Shown: piece after piece, positions 10,101 to 20,008 of the stretch | How positions within the stretch are numbered: position 1 is the first letter of the stretch | Layout of the letters: each line of letters opens with the position of its first letter | NCBI GenBank assembly: GCA_017549425.1 | Contig: JAFYUV010000017.1 | Span: 244,007-308,006 of the forward strand | Origin: Clostridia bacterium | Lineage (GTDB): Bacteria; Bacillota; Clostridia; TANB77; CAG-465 | Length of the DNA: 64,000 nt | Direction: 5' to 3' | Notes under the pieces: generated by a model | Database searches by the model: none | Told to the model about the DNA's origin: nothing | The model's input: the letters and a program-made list of their open reading frames with translations, nothing else | Translations under genes and position numbers: made by a program

Positions 10101-10885
10101 GTAAATTATTAAAATATGATTTGAAATGGATATATAAAGTAGTTGTTATATTTTATATTCTAGCTATTATTTTTTCTATAGTAGCAAGAGTTACTGGAGA
10201 AATTGAGAATTCTTTACTTTTTGAGGTTATATCTAAAATATCTATAAGTTGTGCAATAAGTATGGCGGTAAGTAGCTTAATAAATAGCTTAATGAGATCA
10301 TGGGTTAGATTTACCCAAAATATGTATAAAGATGAATCTTATCTTACACATACGTTGCCAGTAAAAAAGAAAGATTTATTTAACTCAAAAGTAATTTCGG
10401 GAGCTGTTTGCATTATAACAACAATGATTGTAATACTATTGTGTCTGTTTATTTGTTTTTATTCCGAAGCTAATATGGAAATATTAAAGAGCTTATTGGA
10501 ATTAGCAGCAACAACATATAATACTACTGTTTTAAACTTGCTATTATTGGTAGCTATGGTATTTGGATTAGAATTAATTTATGTATTATTAACTGGTTAT
10601 TTAGGATTAATATTAGGACATAAATCTAATACAAATAAAATGTTAAAAAGCATTTTATTAGGATTTTTAATATATTCAATAACACAGATAGCAACTGTAG
10701 CGTTAATTGGAATTGGTGGATTGTTTAGTGGAGATATTATGAATTTAATAAATACAGTAGAGGCTGTTAATATAGAAACTATTAAAAATGTTATGTATAT
10801 GTGTGTTGGAGTGTATTTCGGTTATTCGGTATTATTGTACATTATAGCTAGGAAGCAACTTAACAAAGGCGTAAATGTAGAATAA
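10094..10885 (+). CDS. ABC-2 type permease
   Basis: MLGKLLKYDLK start, YLTHTLPV motif, about six TM segments. Confidence 0.85.
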   Translation: MLGKLLKYDLKWIYKVVVIFYILAIIFSIVARVTGEIENSLLFEVISKISISCAISMAVSSLINSLMRSWVRFTQNMYKDESYLTHTLPVKKKDLFNSKVISGAVCIITTMIVILLCLFICFYSEANMEILKSLLELAATTYNTTVLNLLLLVAMVFGLELIYVLLTGYLGLILGHKSNTNKMLKSILLGFLIYSITQIATVALIGIGGLFSGDIMNLINTVEAVNIETIKNVMYMCVGVYFGYSVLLYIIARKQLNKGVNVE

Positions 10886-10918
10886 TATATATTATTATGA
10901 TTTTTAGGAGAGCTAAAA

Positions 10919-11260
10919 ATGATATTTACAATATTTATATTACCAGTAATAATACTTTTGGCTGGATATTTAATGAATAAGTATCCGCCAAAGAAAGTTA
11001 ATTGGTTTATTGGATATAGGACTAGAACGTCTATGAAAGATGAAAATTCATGGGAAGAAGCTAATAGATATTGCGGTGAGCTTTGGATGAAAATAGGGGT
11101 AATAATGATTGCTATATCTTTGGTATTAATGGTTGTAGCATATCTTAATATAGTTATATTTTCTGAAGCAATTCTTGGTGTAATTGTGATTTGCCAAATT
11201 ATCCCTTTGTTTCTATCTGGTCTTATGGTGGAAGATAGAATTAAAAATAAAGAAAATTAG
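10919..11260 (+). CDS. SdpI-family immunity-like membrane protein
   Basis: NWFIGYRTRTSMKDENSWEEANRY motif. Confidence 0.85.
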   Translation: MIFTIFILPVIILLAGYLMNKYPPKKVNWFIGYRTRTSMKDENSWEEANRYCGELWMKIGVIMIAISLVLMVVAYLNIVIFSEAILGVIVICQIIPLFLSGLMVEDRIKNKEN

Positions 11261-11344
11261 AATATTTGTAAAAAAAGCGAGTTTATGATTTGTTTTATAT
11301 ATTTAATGTGCATTCTTTAAGAGCAGACATTGTTAGAAAAAAGG

Positions 11345-11352
11345 CTCATAAC
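11345..11352 (+). repeat. Putative attL core CTCATAAC
   Basis: GGCTCATAAC; the 8-mer recurs at 23764-23771. Confidence 0.5.
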
Positions 11353-11540
11353 TTTATGGAATTAAGCTCGTATTCCCTTAAAGAGGAAATTGATATAATA
11401 TTAGAGTCTCAAGCAATTGAGACTTTTTTCTTACTCTTGAAATTTCTCTAAAATTACCCTAAAAAATGCCTTTTGGGGAAATTTTGGGGAAATAACGAAC
11501 TTTGAAATTCCGTAAAGTACTTGATATATCTATAAAAATC

Positions 11541-12741
11541 TCAATTTGGATTTTCTGTATTTTTTCCTGGTATTAATAAATTTTCTAAAACATTTCCTGC
11601 AACTTTATTGTGTGAAATAACAGGATGCACATAAAAATTAAATGTAGTTGAAATTTGTGCATGTCCTAGTCTTGCTGCTACAACTGCCACATCTATATTT
11701 TGAGATATTAGAAGAGTAGCATTTGTGTGTCTTAATCCATGAAAACTAATTTCAGGAAGACCACATTCTTTAACAAATTTTACAAACCATTTACTAATGG
11801 TAGATGGGTGCATTGGTTTGCCATCAGCTTGTACAAATAACCTATCTGAATTAATCCATAATTCGCCATATAAATCTTTTTGTTCATCATACCATAATTT
11901 ATACTCCCTAAGTAGAGAAATAACAAATGTAGGTACAGCAACATCTCTTATTGAACTATCAGTTTTAGGTGCCTTGGTAAATATTCCTTTATCACATAAA
12001 TATTGACTAGATTTGTTAATACTAATTATTCCATTGTTAAAATCAATATCTGACCATTCTAGTCCTAGAAGTTCACCGAAGTCTCATTCCTGTAAATATT
12101 GTTATTGTAATAGCTACTTTGTATTTGATTTCTTGATTTTCAAGATTTTCTAATAGAAGTTTGCATTGCTCATCATCATAATATCTTCTTTTAGGTTTCT
12201 TAGTCTTTGGTGGTTGAACTCTTTCTGCTGGGTTATTTGCAATTAGTTGCCAGTAAACAGCTTTGTGAAGCATTGCTCGAAGTAATCTGTGATGTTCTAA
12301 AATAGTTTTCTTAGATAGTGGTTTAGATAATCTTTCGCCTCTGTTATTCTTAAGTCTTTTAATTTGTGTATCATTTTCTAACATATTATAAAACTTCATA
12401 ATATCTGTTGGTTTAATTTTATCTAATTTAAACTTACCGAAGTAGGGAAGAATTCTAGTTTCTAAAATTCTAACATATCTTGCATAAGTTCCAGGTGCTA
12501 AATCTTTTGTGCCATAATCTCGTTTCCATATTTCTACAAAATCTTTGAAAGTTATAGACTTAGGTTCAGCAACCATTCCATTTTGTATTTTAGTAACAAA
12601 CTGAGCAAGTTCAATTTCTGCTTCCTTTTTACTACAATGTACTGTTTTAGTGTACTTAGCGATAGATCCATCTAGGTTGTATCCACATGCATATACTAAC
12701 CTATATGTATTTTCGCCTCTTTTTTCTATACTCCCTGCCAT
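11541..12741 (-). CDS. Tyrosine integrase (~399 aa), needs +1 frameshift at 12078
   Basis: Upstream part ends FTGMRL-R-stop; +1 frame continues GELLGLEWSDIDF...APKT...FHGLRHT...RLGHAQISTTFNFYVH without stops. R-K-H-R-H-Y catalytic set present. Confidence 0.88.
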
Positions 12742-12933
12742 ATTATCCTCCTTCCTGTGTGGGAGAGAGTACGTTGTAATTTGAAATTACAAGTTTGTAT
12801 ATATTAATTATACTAAGTCGAAAAACAAAAGTCTAACCGACAATCAGTTTTTAAATAAATTTTTATAGATGTATGGTAAATGTTTGAAAAAATATTCATA
12901 GTATGATAATATAATGAAGAAGGAGAAATTTAT

Positions 12934-13686
12934 ATGGAAAAAGTAATTTATAAAAGAAATTTTTTAAAAAATGTTATATTTAGAGTAGACTTTTTATTAG
13001 ATGAAAGAGAATTTGAAAATTTAATGAGCAAGACAACTTTAGATGAAATAAAAAGACGTTTTGAAATATTAGAACCATTACAAACAATTCAAAATACTAA
13101 TTTTATGGTAGATGTTAATACAAGAACAATTAATGCTAATCAAAACGAAAGTAAAAAATATATTTTTAGAAAAAAAGAAGGAACTGCAGCACTAATAATT
13201 GATTCACAATCTATAGTAATTGATTATACAAGATATTCAGATTCAGAAATGCTACTAGAAGATATAAGAATGTTGAATTTTATTTTTTCAAAGATTTCTA
13301 TTTCGAGGGTTGGATTGAGATACATTAATTATATAGAACCAATTAGATTTGGAGAAATTGATTGGGATAGATATATAGATGAATCAATTAGAGCAAGTCA
13401 AAAAATTGATTTTGAAGGAAGTTTATTACAATCTATTAATGTTACAGATATAAAATATGAAGATTATATAATTAAGTTTCAAAGTGGAATTCATAATCAA
13501 AATTTCCCAGCAGATAGAATAAAGGATGCATATGTTTTAGACTTTGATGCATCAAGTAATGAAATAAAACCTACAGAAGATATTGAGCAAATGATAAAAA
13601 AATGGAATATTCAAATAAATAAATTATTTGAAAAGTTTATTAAACCAGATTTTAGGGAGATATTAAATGGAAATTCAGAATTATAG
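12934..13686 (+). CDS. TIGR04255-family protein
   Basis: LKNVIFRVDF, RVGLRYINYI and YVLDFDA motifs recalled for this family. Confidence 0.7.
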   Translation: MEKVIYKRNFLKNVIFRVDFLLDEREFENLMSKTTLDEIKRRFEILEPLQTIQNTNFMVDVNTRTINANQNESKKYIFRKKEGTAALIIDSQSIVIDYTRYSDSEMLLEDIRMLNFIFSKISISRVGLRYINYIEPIRFGEIDWDRYIDESIRASQKIDFEGSLLQSINVTDIKYEDYIIKFQSGIHNQNFPADRIKDAYVLDFDASSNEIKPTEDIEQMIKKWNIQINKLFEKFIKPDFREILNGNSEL

Positions 13687-13855
13687 TATCAATAATAGTA
13701 CAGAAATTAATGCTATATTGAATAGTGGAAAAACAGAAATAGTAATATCTGATTATTTAAACACTAAGGATAATGAAGTAAAAATTGATTTATCTAAATA
13801 TAAAGATAATAAACCAACAAGGAGAATAATAAAAGGAAGCATAATAAATGAATGA
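13667..13855 (+). CDS. Small hypothetical protein, overlapping both neighbours
   Basis: 62 aa, AGGGAG RBS, overlaps upstream and downstream genes. Confidence 0.6.
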   Translation: MEIQNYSINNSTEINAILNSGKTEIVISDYLNTKDNEVKIDLSKYKDNKPTRRIIKGSIINE

Positions 13856-14468
13856 GATTATAACTAAAATTATAGAATCAGAAGATTCACATATATATCA
13901 AGGAGAATTTATAAAAAATGTAGAATTTATAGAAGATTTTAATGAGAAAGATGGAAATATAGAAATATCTATAATAAATTTTCCTTTGGTAGTTGCATTA
14001 ACACAAGAATGTGATTCTACTCAGGATTATAAAAACAGGTTAAAAGAATATCAAAAGAGAAAAGAAACAGAGGGAAGGGAAGGAGTAGAGAGAAATCCAT
14101 ATTTACTTTCTATTATGGTTGCTCCAGTATATTTGTTAGATGATATAAAAGCGGGGAAACATTTAGAACATTTAGGCATTTCGTGTAGAACAATATCTTC
14201 TAACGAAATAAAGAAAATAAAACAAAATGCAGATGCAAGATATCATTATATGAAAATTGAAGTTTTAAGTGGTAAATACATAGAATATATAGTTGATTTT
14301 AAACAATATTTTACAGTAAATGTAGATAAAATATTGCAACATAAACGAAATAAGGAAAATATACAATTTGTTTTGGGAGATTTATTCAAGGAAAGTTTAA
14401 GTCAAAGGTTTTCTAATTATCTAAGTAGGATAGGATTACCAGAAACTGAAATAAAAGAGGAAGAATAA
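13848..14468 (+). CDS. Hypothetical protein with TQECD motif
   Basis: VVALTQECD, RYHYM, IVDFKQYFTV, LSQRFSNYLSRIGLP. Confidence 0.7.
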   Translation: MNEIITKIIESEDSHIYQGEFIKNVEFIEDFNEKDGNIEISIINFPLVVALTQECDSTQDYKNRLKEYQKRKETEGREGVERNPYLLSIMVAPVYLLDDIKAGKHLEHLGISCRTISSNEIKKIKQNADARYHYMKIEVLSGKYIEYIVDFKQYFTVNVDKILQHKRNKENIQFVLGDLFKESLSQRFSNYLSRIGLPETEIKEEE

Positions 14469-14501
14469 AATGAAGTTGAACTATTTAAGTTCAACTTCAT
14501 T
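14469..14501. terminator. 14-bp inverted repeat between convergent genes
   Basis: AATGAAGTTGAACT/AGTTCAACTTCATT followed by a T tract. Confidence 0.65.
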
Positions 14502-15485
14502 GCTTTTTTTATGTATCATTGTACTATCAATCCATTTCTTAAATTCGCTAGCAGTAATTTCACCTTTAATATATTTATATCTCATTATAGGTCCTTCCTT
14601 TTTATAATATTCATACATTTGATTAGATTTAGATGTTGGTCTAGTATGAGATGCTTGACTAGCTAAATCTTTATATCTTTTTCTATATACTTTTAACAAG
14701 ACATCTTCTTCTAAATTTTCTTTATGAGTTTTTTGAGATTCTATTGATTTACAAGTTCTTTTTCCATCAAATAAAAAATCACAATACTTGGTATTGTGAT
14801 TAGTGTCAGGTATAAAATATCTATTACAATGTTTACATCTTAATATTTTTATATTTTTGCTTATATCCAAAAGATTTTTTAAACTAATATATAAAATATC
14901 ATAAAAATTTTTAGATACAAATGAATTTTTTATATTTTTATAATTATAAAGTAATTGAAATTTAGATGTTGAGTTATTAATTCTTAAATCTAAAATAGTG
15001 GGAGCCAATATTCTTACATAATTAGAATATGTTTCATAATCTTTGTTATTACAAGAATAATAAATTTTACGATATTTGCGAACAGCAATAGCTTTATAAA
15101 TATTTTGGTATTCTATAAATTCATTTTTATACAATTCAAACATTTTAGTTAAGTTAGTTTCTATTTCTTCTTCAGATAATATAATATTAAGCTCTTCATC
15201 ATGAATTATAGAATCTACAGAGATATGATTATGAATCTTAAAGAATAGATACATAAATATATACTCTAAAATAAAGGTTTTAAAACTATTAAAAATATTA
15301 AAATCAGTATTTAAAAAGTCCAATAAAAAAGTTCCTAATTTCTTAGGAACTAAATCTTGTTTTTTAATTATATAATATTTCTTTGTTTTATCTTTTGTAA
15401 GTTCACCTTCGTATTCTAAAGGTAGATATTTAATAAAGTATTCGAAATTTTCTTTAGTATCAAATGCAATTTCTAATTCGTCCAT
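14481..15485 (-). CDS. DUF6076-like protein with Cys cluster, putative element regulator
   Basis: CKHCNRYFIP...TKYCD...TCK zinc-ribbon-like motif; AGGAGG RBS; divergent from the xis-like gene. Confidence 0.6.
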   Translation of the reverse strand: MDELEIAFDTKENFEYFIKYLPLEYEGELTKDKTKKYYIIKKQDLVPKKLGTFLLDFLNTDFNIFNSFKTFILEYIFMYLFFKIHNHISVDSIIHDEELNIILSEEEIETNLTKMFELYKNEFIEYQNIYKAIAVRKYRKIYYSCNNKDYETYSNYVRILAPTILDLRINNSTSKFQLLYNYKNIKNSFVSKNFYDILYISLKNLLDISKNIKILRCKHCNRYFIPDTNHNTKYCDFLFDGKRTCKSIESQKTHKENLEEDVLLKVYRKRYKDLASQASHTRPTSKSNQMYEYYKKEGPIMRYKYIKGEITASEFKKWIDSTMIHKKSNEVELK

Positions 15486-15821
15486 ATAAAACCTCCTAAA
15501 AATAAAAATAGACCAGCTGATGCTAGTCTGGTAAATGAAATATTAAAAATTATCTATTATATATATTATACTATGTATTTTTAAATGTACAAGACTGTCC
15601 TTTTTAGACTGTCTTTTTTGGTCTGTCTTTAATATTTCATTATATTAATTATATCAGGAATATTGCAAATTTTGTTTTAACAAATTGTTTAAACAATTCT
15701 TAAAATTACCGGACAAAATTATAAATATCAATAGAACATTAATTGTATCGTAGTTTAAACCTCACTAAACTTTTAAAATTATAATTAGTAATTGAATAAC
15801 AAGCAATTACTAGAAAGGTAG

Positions 15822-16034
15822 GTGAGTAATATGGAACTTGAGAAAGTAACACGAACAACTCTAACAATGAAGGAGACAGCAGAGTATTTAGGAGTATCAT
15901 ATTGGTTAGTTACACAACTGGTAAGGAGAAAACAAATACCATGCTCACGAGTTGGAGGAAAAGTATTATTTAGAAAAGAAGCTCTAGATAAATACTTAAA
16001 CGAAAAAGAAAAAGCTTCTATAACAAATGAATAA
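15822..16034 (+). CDS. Excisionase-like HTH protein
   Basis: LTMKETAEYLGVSYWLV...IPCSRVGGKVLFRKEALDKYL. Confidence 0.85.
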   Translation: MSNMELEKVTRTTLTMKETAEYLGVSYWLVTQLVRRKQIPCSRVGGKVLFRKEALDKYLNEKEKASITNE

Positions 16035-16157
16035 ACAACTCACAAAAGATAAGAATCTTGGATACTAAGAAAATAAGATGTGTGGGAGAGATGGTATCTA
16101 AGATTGTAAGATACAAAAGATATTAGAATTTAATAATAGAAAAAGGGAGGAAAAACT

Positions 16158-16865
16158 ATGAAAGAAAAATATAAAATTTATAATTTTCTTTTCGAGGGGA
16201 ATTATTTAAAAGATGTAAGTTTAAATGCAAAAGTAGCATATGGAATATATGTGGATATGTTAAAAGATAATATCAATGTAAAGCAAGACGAAAGAGGATA
16301 TAAGTATATAGAAAATGCTAGAAAGTACATAATTGAAGAATTAGATATATGTGCAAATACTGCAACTAAAATTCATAGAGAATTAGTAGATGCAGGACTA
16401 ATTGAAGAAGAGTGGCAAGGTATGAATTTACCATATAGAACGTATATAAAATATTACGAAACAATAGATTTAGAAAATACAAAAGAATATGAATTTTTAA
16501 TAAAAGATTGTTCTAATATGTTATTTAAAGATACAGGATTCACAAATTCAGATATTAGAGAAGCTCAAAAAATAATAATCGAGAAATTTGGCGAATTCCC
16601 ATTTTTTGAGGTAGGAAAAATAGTGGATCAAATTAACTTAAATCAATTTCATTTAAATGATATGAAGATGATAAAATATGCAATAGCATATATGTTAGCT
16701 AAGTATAGAAATGTAGCCAACATAAAAGATATGATGAATAAAATAAGTTATATAACAATATATGATGCACTTGATAAGACAAGAAAAACAAATAACATAG
16801 AACCTAAAGTATGTACTTTAGCAAAAGAGATATTTGAAATTATATCTAGAAAATATGAATATTAA
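16158..16865 (+). CDS. RepA_N-like replication initiator
   Basis: VSLNAKVAYG...DERG.KYI...TATKIHRELVDAGLIEEEWQGMNLPYRTYI resembles the RepA_N winged helix. Confidence 0.65.
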   Translation: MKEKYKIYNFLFEGNYLKDVSLNAKVAYGIYVDMLKDNINVKQDERGYKYIENARKYIIEELDICANTATKIHRELVDAGLIEEEWQGMNLPYRTYIKYYETIDLENTKEYEFLIKDCSNMLFKDTGFTNSDIREAQKIIIEKFGEFPFFEVGKIVDQINLNQFHLNDMKMIKYAIAYMLAKYRNVANIKDMMNKISYITIYDALDKTRKTNNIEPKVCTLAKEIFEIISRKYEY

Positions 16866-17135
16866 AATTTAAGCATCATAAAACAAGATGGCTGACAAAT
16901 GTCAGCCATTTTTGATATGTGTCATCACCGTTGAAAGCTCTGCTTTCAAGCTGTTTAAGGATGTCGGCTGACATCTATTCTTGCTGTTCCTACGGAAAAG
17001 AATAAAAATACGTATTTTGTCGAAAAATAGAAGAAATAAAAACAGACAAAAAGTTACAAAAATTGGCAGATTTGTTGAGAAAATTTGCAATTTATGATAT
17101 ATATATACTAAGAGATAAAAAATGGGGGAATTATT

Positions 17136-18908
17136 ATGAATGCTATGACAGAGGATGAAGTAAGAGATTTGGCAGGGAAAATACTAAAATTTGAAAATTC
17201 TGATACAGTTATATCTGGAGTTGGACAATTAACAACTTTTAATCAATTAGGTTTTAAAGGTGTTTCAGACAAGCCAGATGGGTGGTATCTTCCTAAAAAT
17301 ATTGAAGAACCAGCTATTATATTAGAAACAAAAAATTCAAATTTGAAATTAGAAAATTTTTTAGATGAGATAATTAAAAATTGTGATATTGCTTCAACAA
17401 AATATAATAAAGTAATTGGTATATTATATAATGGTAAAGATGTAATTGTTTTAAAGAATAATGAAGTAATAGAAGCTGTTGATACTCTACAAAATAAAAA
17501 TTATTATTTATCTTTATTTAAAGTGAATAAAATAGATAAACAAAAAATATATGGAGTAACCAAAAAAATTAATGATTGTCTTCATACAGAATTTGGAATA
17601 AAAAACTTGTATCACAGAATGATTTTTACAGCTTGTGCTTTAGTTGCTAAAAGATATGGTGCTATGTTAATAAAAGGTATGAATTATCCTACATTCCACA
17701 CATTAATACATTCAACATTGTCAAAATCATTAGAGGATAGTAGAAGACAAAATCAAAAATTGGATATATTACTTGAAGTTTACTCAGAAATTAAGATGAA
17801 TTCAACTGAAAATCAAGAAGCAATAGATAATTTTATTGAATGGATTTCTGAAATATCTGAGTGTGTAAACTCTGATTATTGGAATGGCGAAGATGTAATG
17901 GGGATTTTCTTTAATGAATTTAATAGATATAAAAAGAAATCAGAAAGTGGACAAGTATTTACACCAGAACATATTACTTCGCTTATGTATAGATTGATAG
18001 ATGTACATCAAGATGATAAAGTGTTAGATGCAGCTTGTGGTTCAGGTGGCTTCTTAGTTAAATCTATGAGTAATATGATTAAAGAAGCTGGAGGAATTCA
18101 AACTGATAAAGCTAAAAAAATAAAAAGTCAACAACTATTTGGTATAGAATTTGATAGAGAAATTTTTGCCCTAGCTTGTGCTAATATGTTAATACATAAA
18201 GATGGTAAAACAAATTTGGAACAATTGGATAGCAGAACTTTTAAAGCAGGAGAATGGATGAGAGAAAAGAAAATTACTAAAGTATTGATGAATCCTCCAT
18301 TTGAGAGAAAATATGGATGCTTAAAAATAGTTGAGAATGTTTTAGATAATGTTCCTCAACATACAATGTGTGCATTTATTTTACCAGATAAAAAATTAGA
18401 AAAAGATAATAGTGCTTCTATATTAAAACATCACCAATTACAAAAAATAGTTAAATTGCCAGAAAAAGTATTTTCAGAAGGCGTAACAACATCAGTATTT
18501 ATTTTTGAAGCAGGAATACCTCAAAACAACAAAGAAATATTTGCTTGTTATATAGAAAATGATGGATTAGAAACAGTAAAAAATCAAGGAAGACATGATA
18601 TAAAAGATAGATGGCAAGAAATAGAAGATAGATTTGTAGATATTGTTCATAAACAAAATGGAGATGATACAATTCAATGGATTAAGCCAAGTGAACATTT
18701 AAGTTATCAAATGCCAGAAAAAGAATTTGAAATATATGAAGAAGATTTTACAAAGACTATGATGGATTATATTATGTATCAAGAAAAAATTGACATAAAA
18801 GAGTTTTCGGATAAATTAATGGAGAAGGTAATGTATTCAAGTTGTGTTGCAGAGGATGGAGAAGACTATGTTATTACATTAAAAGGTGATAATAAAGATG
18901 AAGAATAA
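17136..18908 (+). CDS. Fused endonuclease/N6-adenine methyltransferase (BcgI-like alpha subunit)
   Basis: N-terminal KPDG...IILETK nuclease motif; GQVFTP, VLDAACGSGGFL (motif I), NPPF (motif IV). Confidence 0.85.
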   Translation: MNAMTEDEVRDLAGKILKFENSDTVISGVGQLTTFNQLGFKGVSDKPDGWYLPKNIEEPAIILETKNSNLKLENFLDEIIKNCDIASTKYNKVIGILYNGKDVIVLKNNEVIEAVDTLQNKNYYLSLFKVNKIDKQKIYGVTKKINDCLHTEFGIKNLYHRMIFTACALVAKRYGAMLIKGMNYPTFHTLIHSTLSKSLEDSRRQNQKLDILLEVYSEIKMNSTENQEAIDNFIEWISEISECVNSDYWNGEDVMGIFFNEFNRYKKKSESGQVFTPEHITSLMYRLIDVHQDDKVLDAACGSGGFLVKSMSNMIKEAGGIQTDKAKKIKSQQLFGIEFDREIFALACANMLIHKDGKTNLEQLDSRTFKAGEWMREKKITKVLMNPPFERKYGCLKIVENVLDNVPQHTMCAFILPDKKLEKDNSASILKHHQLQKIVKLPEKVFSEGVTTSVFIFEAGIPQNNKEIFACYIENDGLETVKNQGRHDIKDRWQEIEDRFVDIVHKQNGDDTIQWIKPSEHLSYQMPEKEFEIYEEDFTKTMMDYIMYQEKIDIKEFSDKLMEKVMYSSCVAEDGEDYVITLKGDNKDEE

Positions 18909-19959
18909 GATTGATATAAATAAATGGAAAGAATTTAAAATTGGTGATTTATTTGATATTCATCCAACTAAAGCATATAAAATGAATAACAGTTCTTTGT
19001 TAGTAGAAGATGGAATAAATCCTGTTGTAGTTAATTCGTGCTATAATAATGGGATTGGGGGATATACCAATTATGATTGTACAGAAGAGGGGAATATTAT
19101 TACTTTTAGTGATACTACATCTGCAGATTCAATATTTTATCAAAAAGATAATTTTGTTGGCTATCCACATGTACAAGGAATGTATCCAATCGGAAAGTAT
19201 AAAGATAAGTGGAGTGAGTATTCTTATTTGTTTTTTATAACATTATTTAGAGAAAAGGCTATCAACTTAAATTATGATTATGTTAATAAGTTTACAAGAG
19301 AATCTGCAAAGGAAATAAAGATTAAACTTCCAGTAGATAATAATGATAATCCAGATTGGAATTATATGGAACGATATATGAAAAAAATTGAAGAACAGTC
19401 AAGAAAATCAATAAAAGGATTAAATAATTGTAGTGAAGAAACAAACAAAGTTTATATTACGGAAAATTGGGGAAGGTTTGTAATAGAAGATTTATTTGAT
19501 GTTAAAAGACCTGCAGCCAGGAGTCAATCTGATTATGAGGAGGGAGAAATACCTTTTGTGGCATCGGGAAATTATAATAACGGTGTATTAAAATATTTAA
19601 TGCCAAAAGACAATGAGGTATTAGAGAAGGGCAATTGTATAACAGTAAGTCCGGTTGATGGCAGTTCATTTTATCAAAAAGAAGATTTTTTAGGCAGAGG
19701 CGGAGCAGGATCATCAATAATATTACTTTATAATGAAAATTTGAATGAAAAAAATGGAATATTTATAGCGACAATTATCAGAAAAATATGCAATAAATAT
19801 GGATATAGCGACATGGGTAGTAAAGAATCGATAAGAAAAGAAATAATTAAACTTCCAGTAGATGATGAGGGTAATCCTGATTGGAGTTATATGGAACAAT
19901 ATATGACTAAATTACTAAGTAGAACTAAAAGCAAATTAAGTTGTTTAAATGCTATTTAA
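18898..19959 (+). CDS. R-M specificity subunit with two TRDs
   Basis: WKEFKIGDLF / WGRFVIEDLF and duplicated IKLPVD..NPDW.YME.YM segments. Confidence 0.85.
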   Translation: MKNKIDINKWKEFKIGDLFDIHPTKAYKMNNSSLLVEDGINPVVVNSCYNNGIGGYTNYDCTEEGNIITFSDTTSADSIFYQKDNFVGYPHVQGMYPIGKYKDKWSEYSYLFFITLFREKAINLNYDYVNKFTRESAKEIKIKLPVDNNDNPDWNYMERYMKKIEEQSRKSIKGLNNCSEETNKVYITENWGRFVIEDLFDVKRPAARSQSDYEEGEIPFVASGNYNNGVLKYLMPKDNEVLEKGNCITVSPVDGSSFYQKEDFLGRGGAGSSIILLYNENLNEKNGIFIATIIRKICNKYGYSDMGSKESIRKEIIKLPVDDEGNPDWSYMEQYMTKLLSRTKSKLSCLNAI

Positions 19960-20008
19960 TAAATTGTTTATATTAACTTAAAATAAATGAAAGATATAAA
20001 AAAGTAAA

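Noticed and set aside
9405-12000. AGG as a general +1 shift codon
   Set aside because: AGG is read in frame as Arg in intact genes, for example LRNK and FRRY in the ABC ATPase and LLREY in the integrase.
19321-19906. Direct repeat inside the S subunit as a shufflon site
   Set aside because: It is the expected duplicated conserved region of two-TRD subunits; no invertase or silent TRD is nearby.
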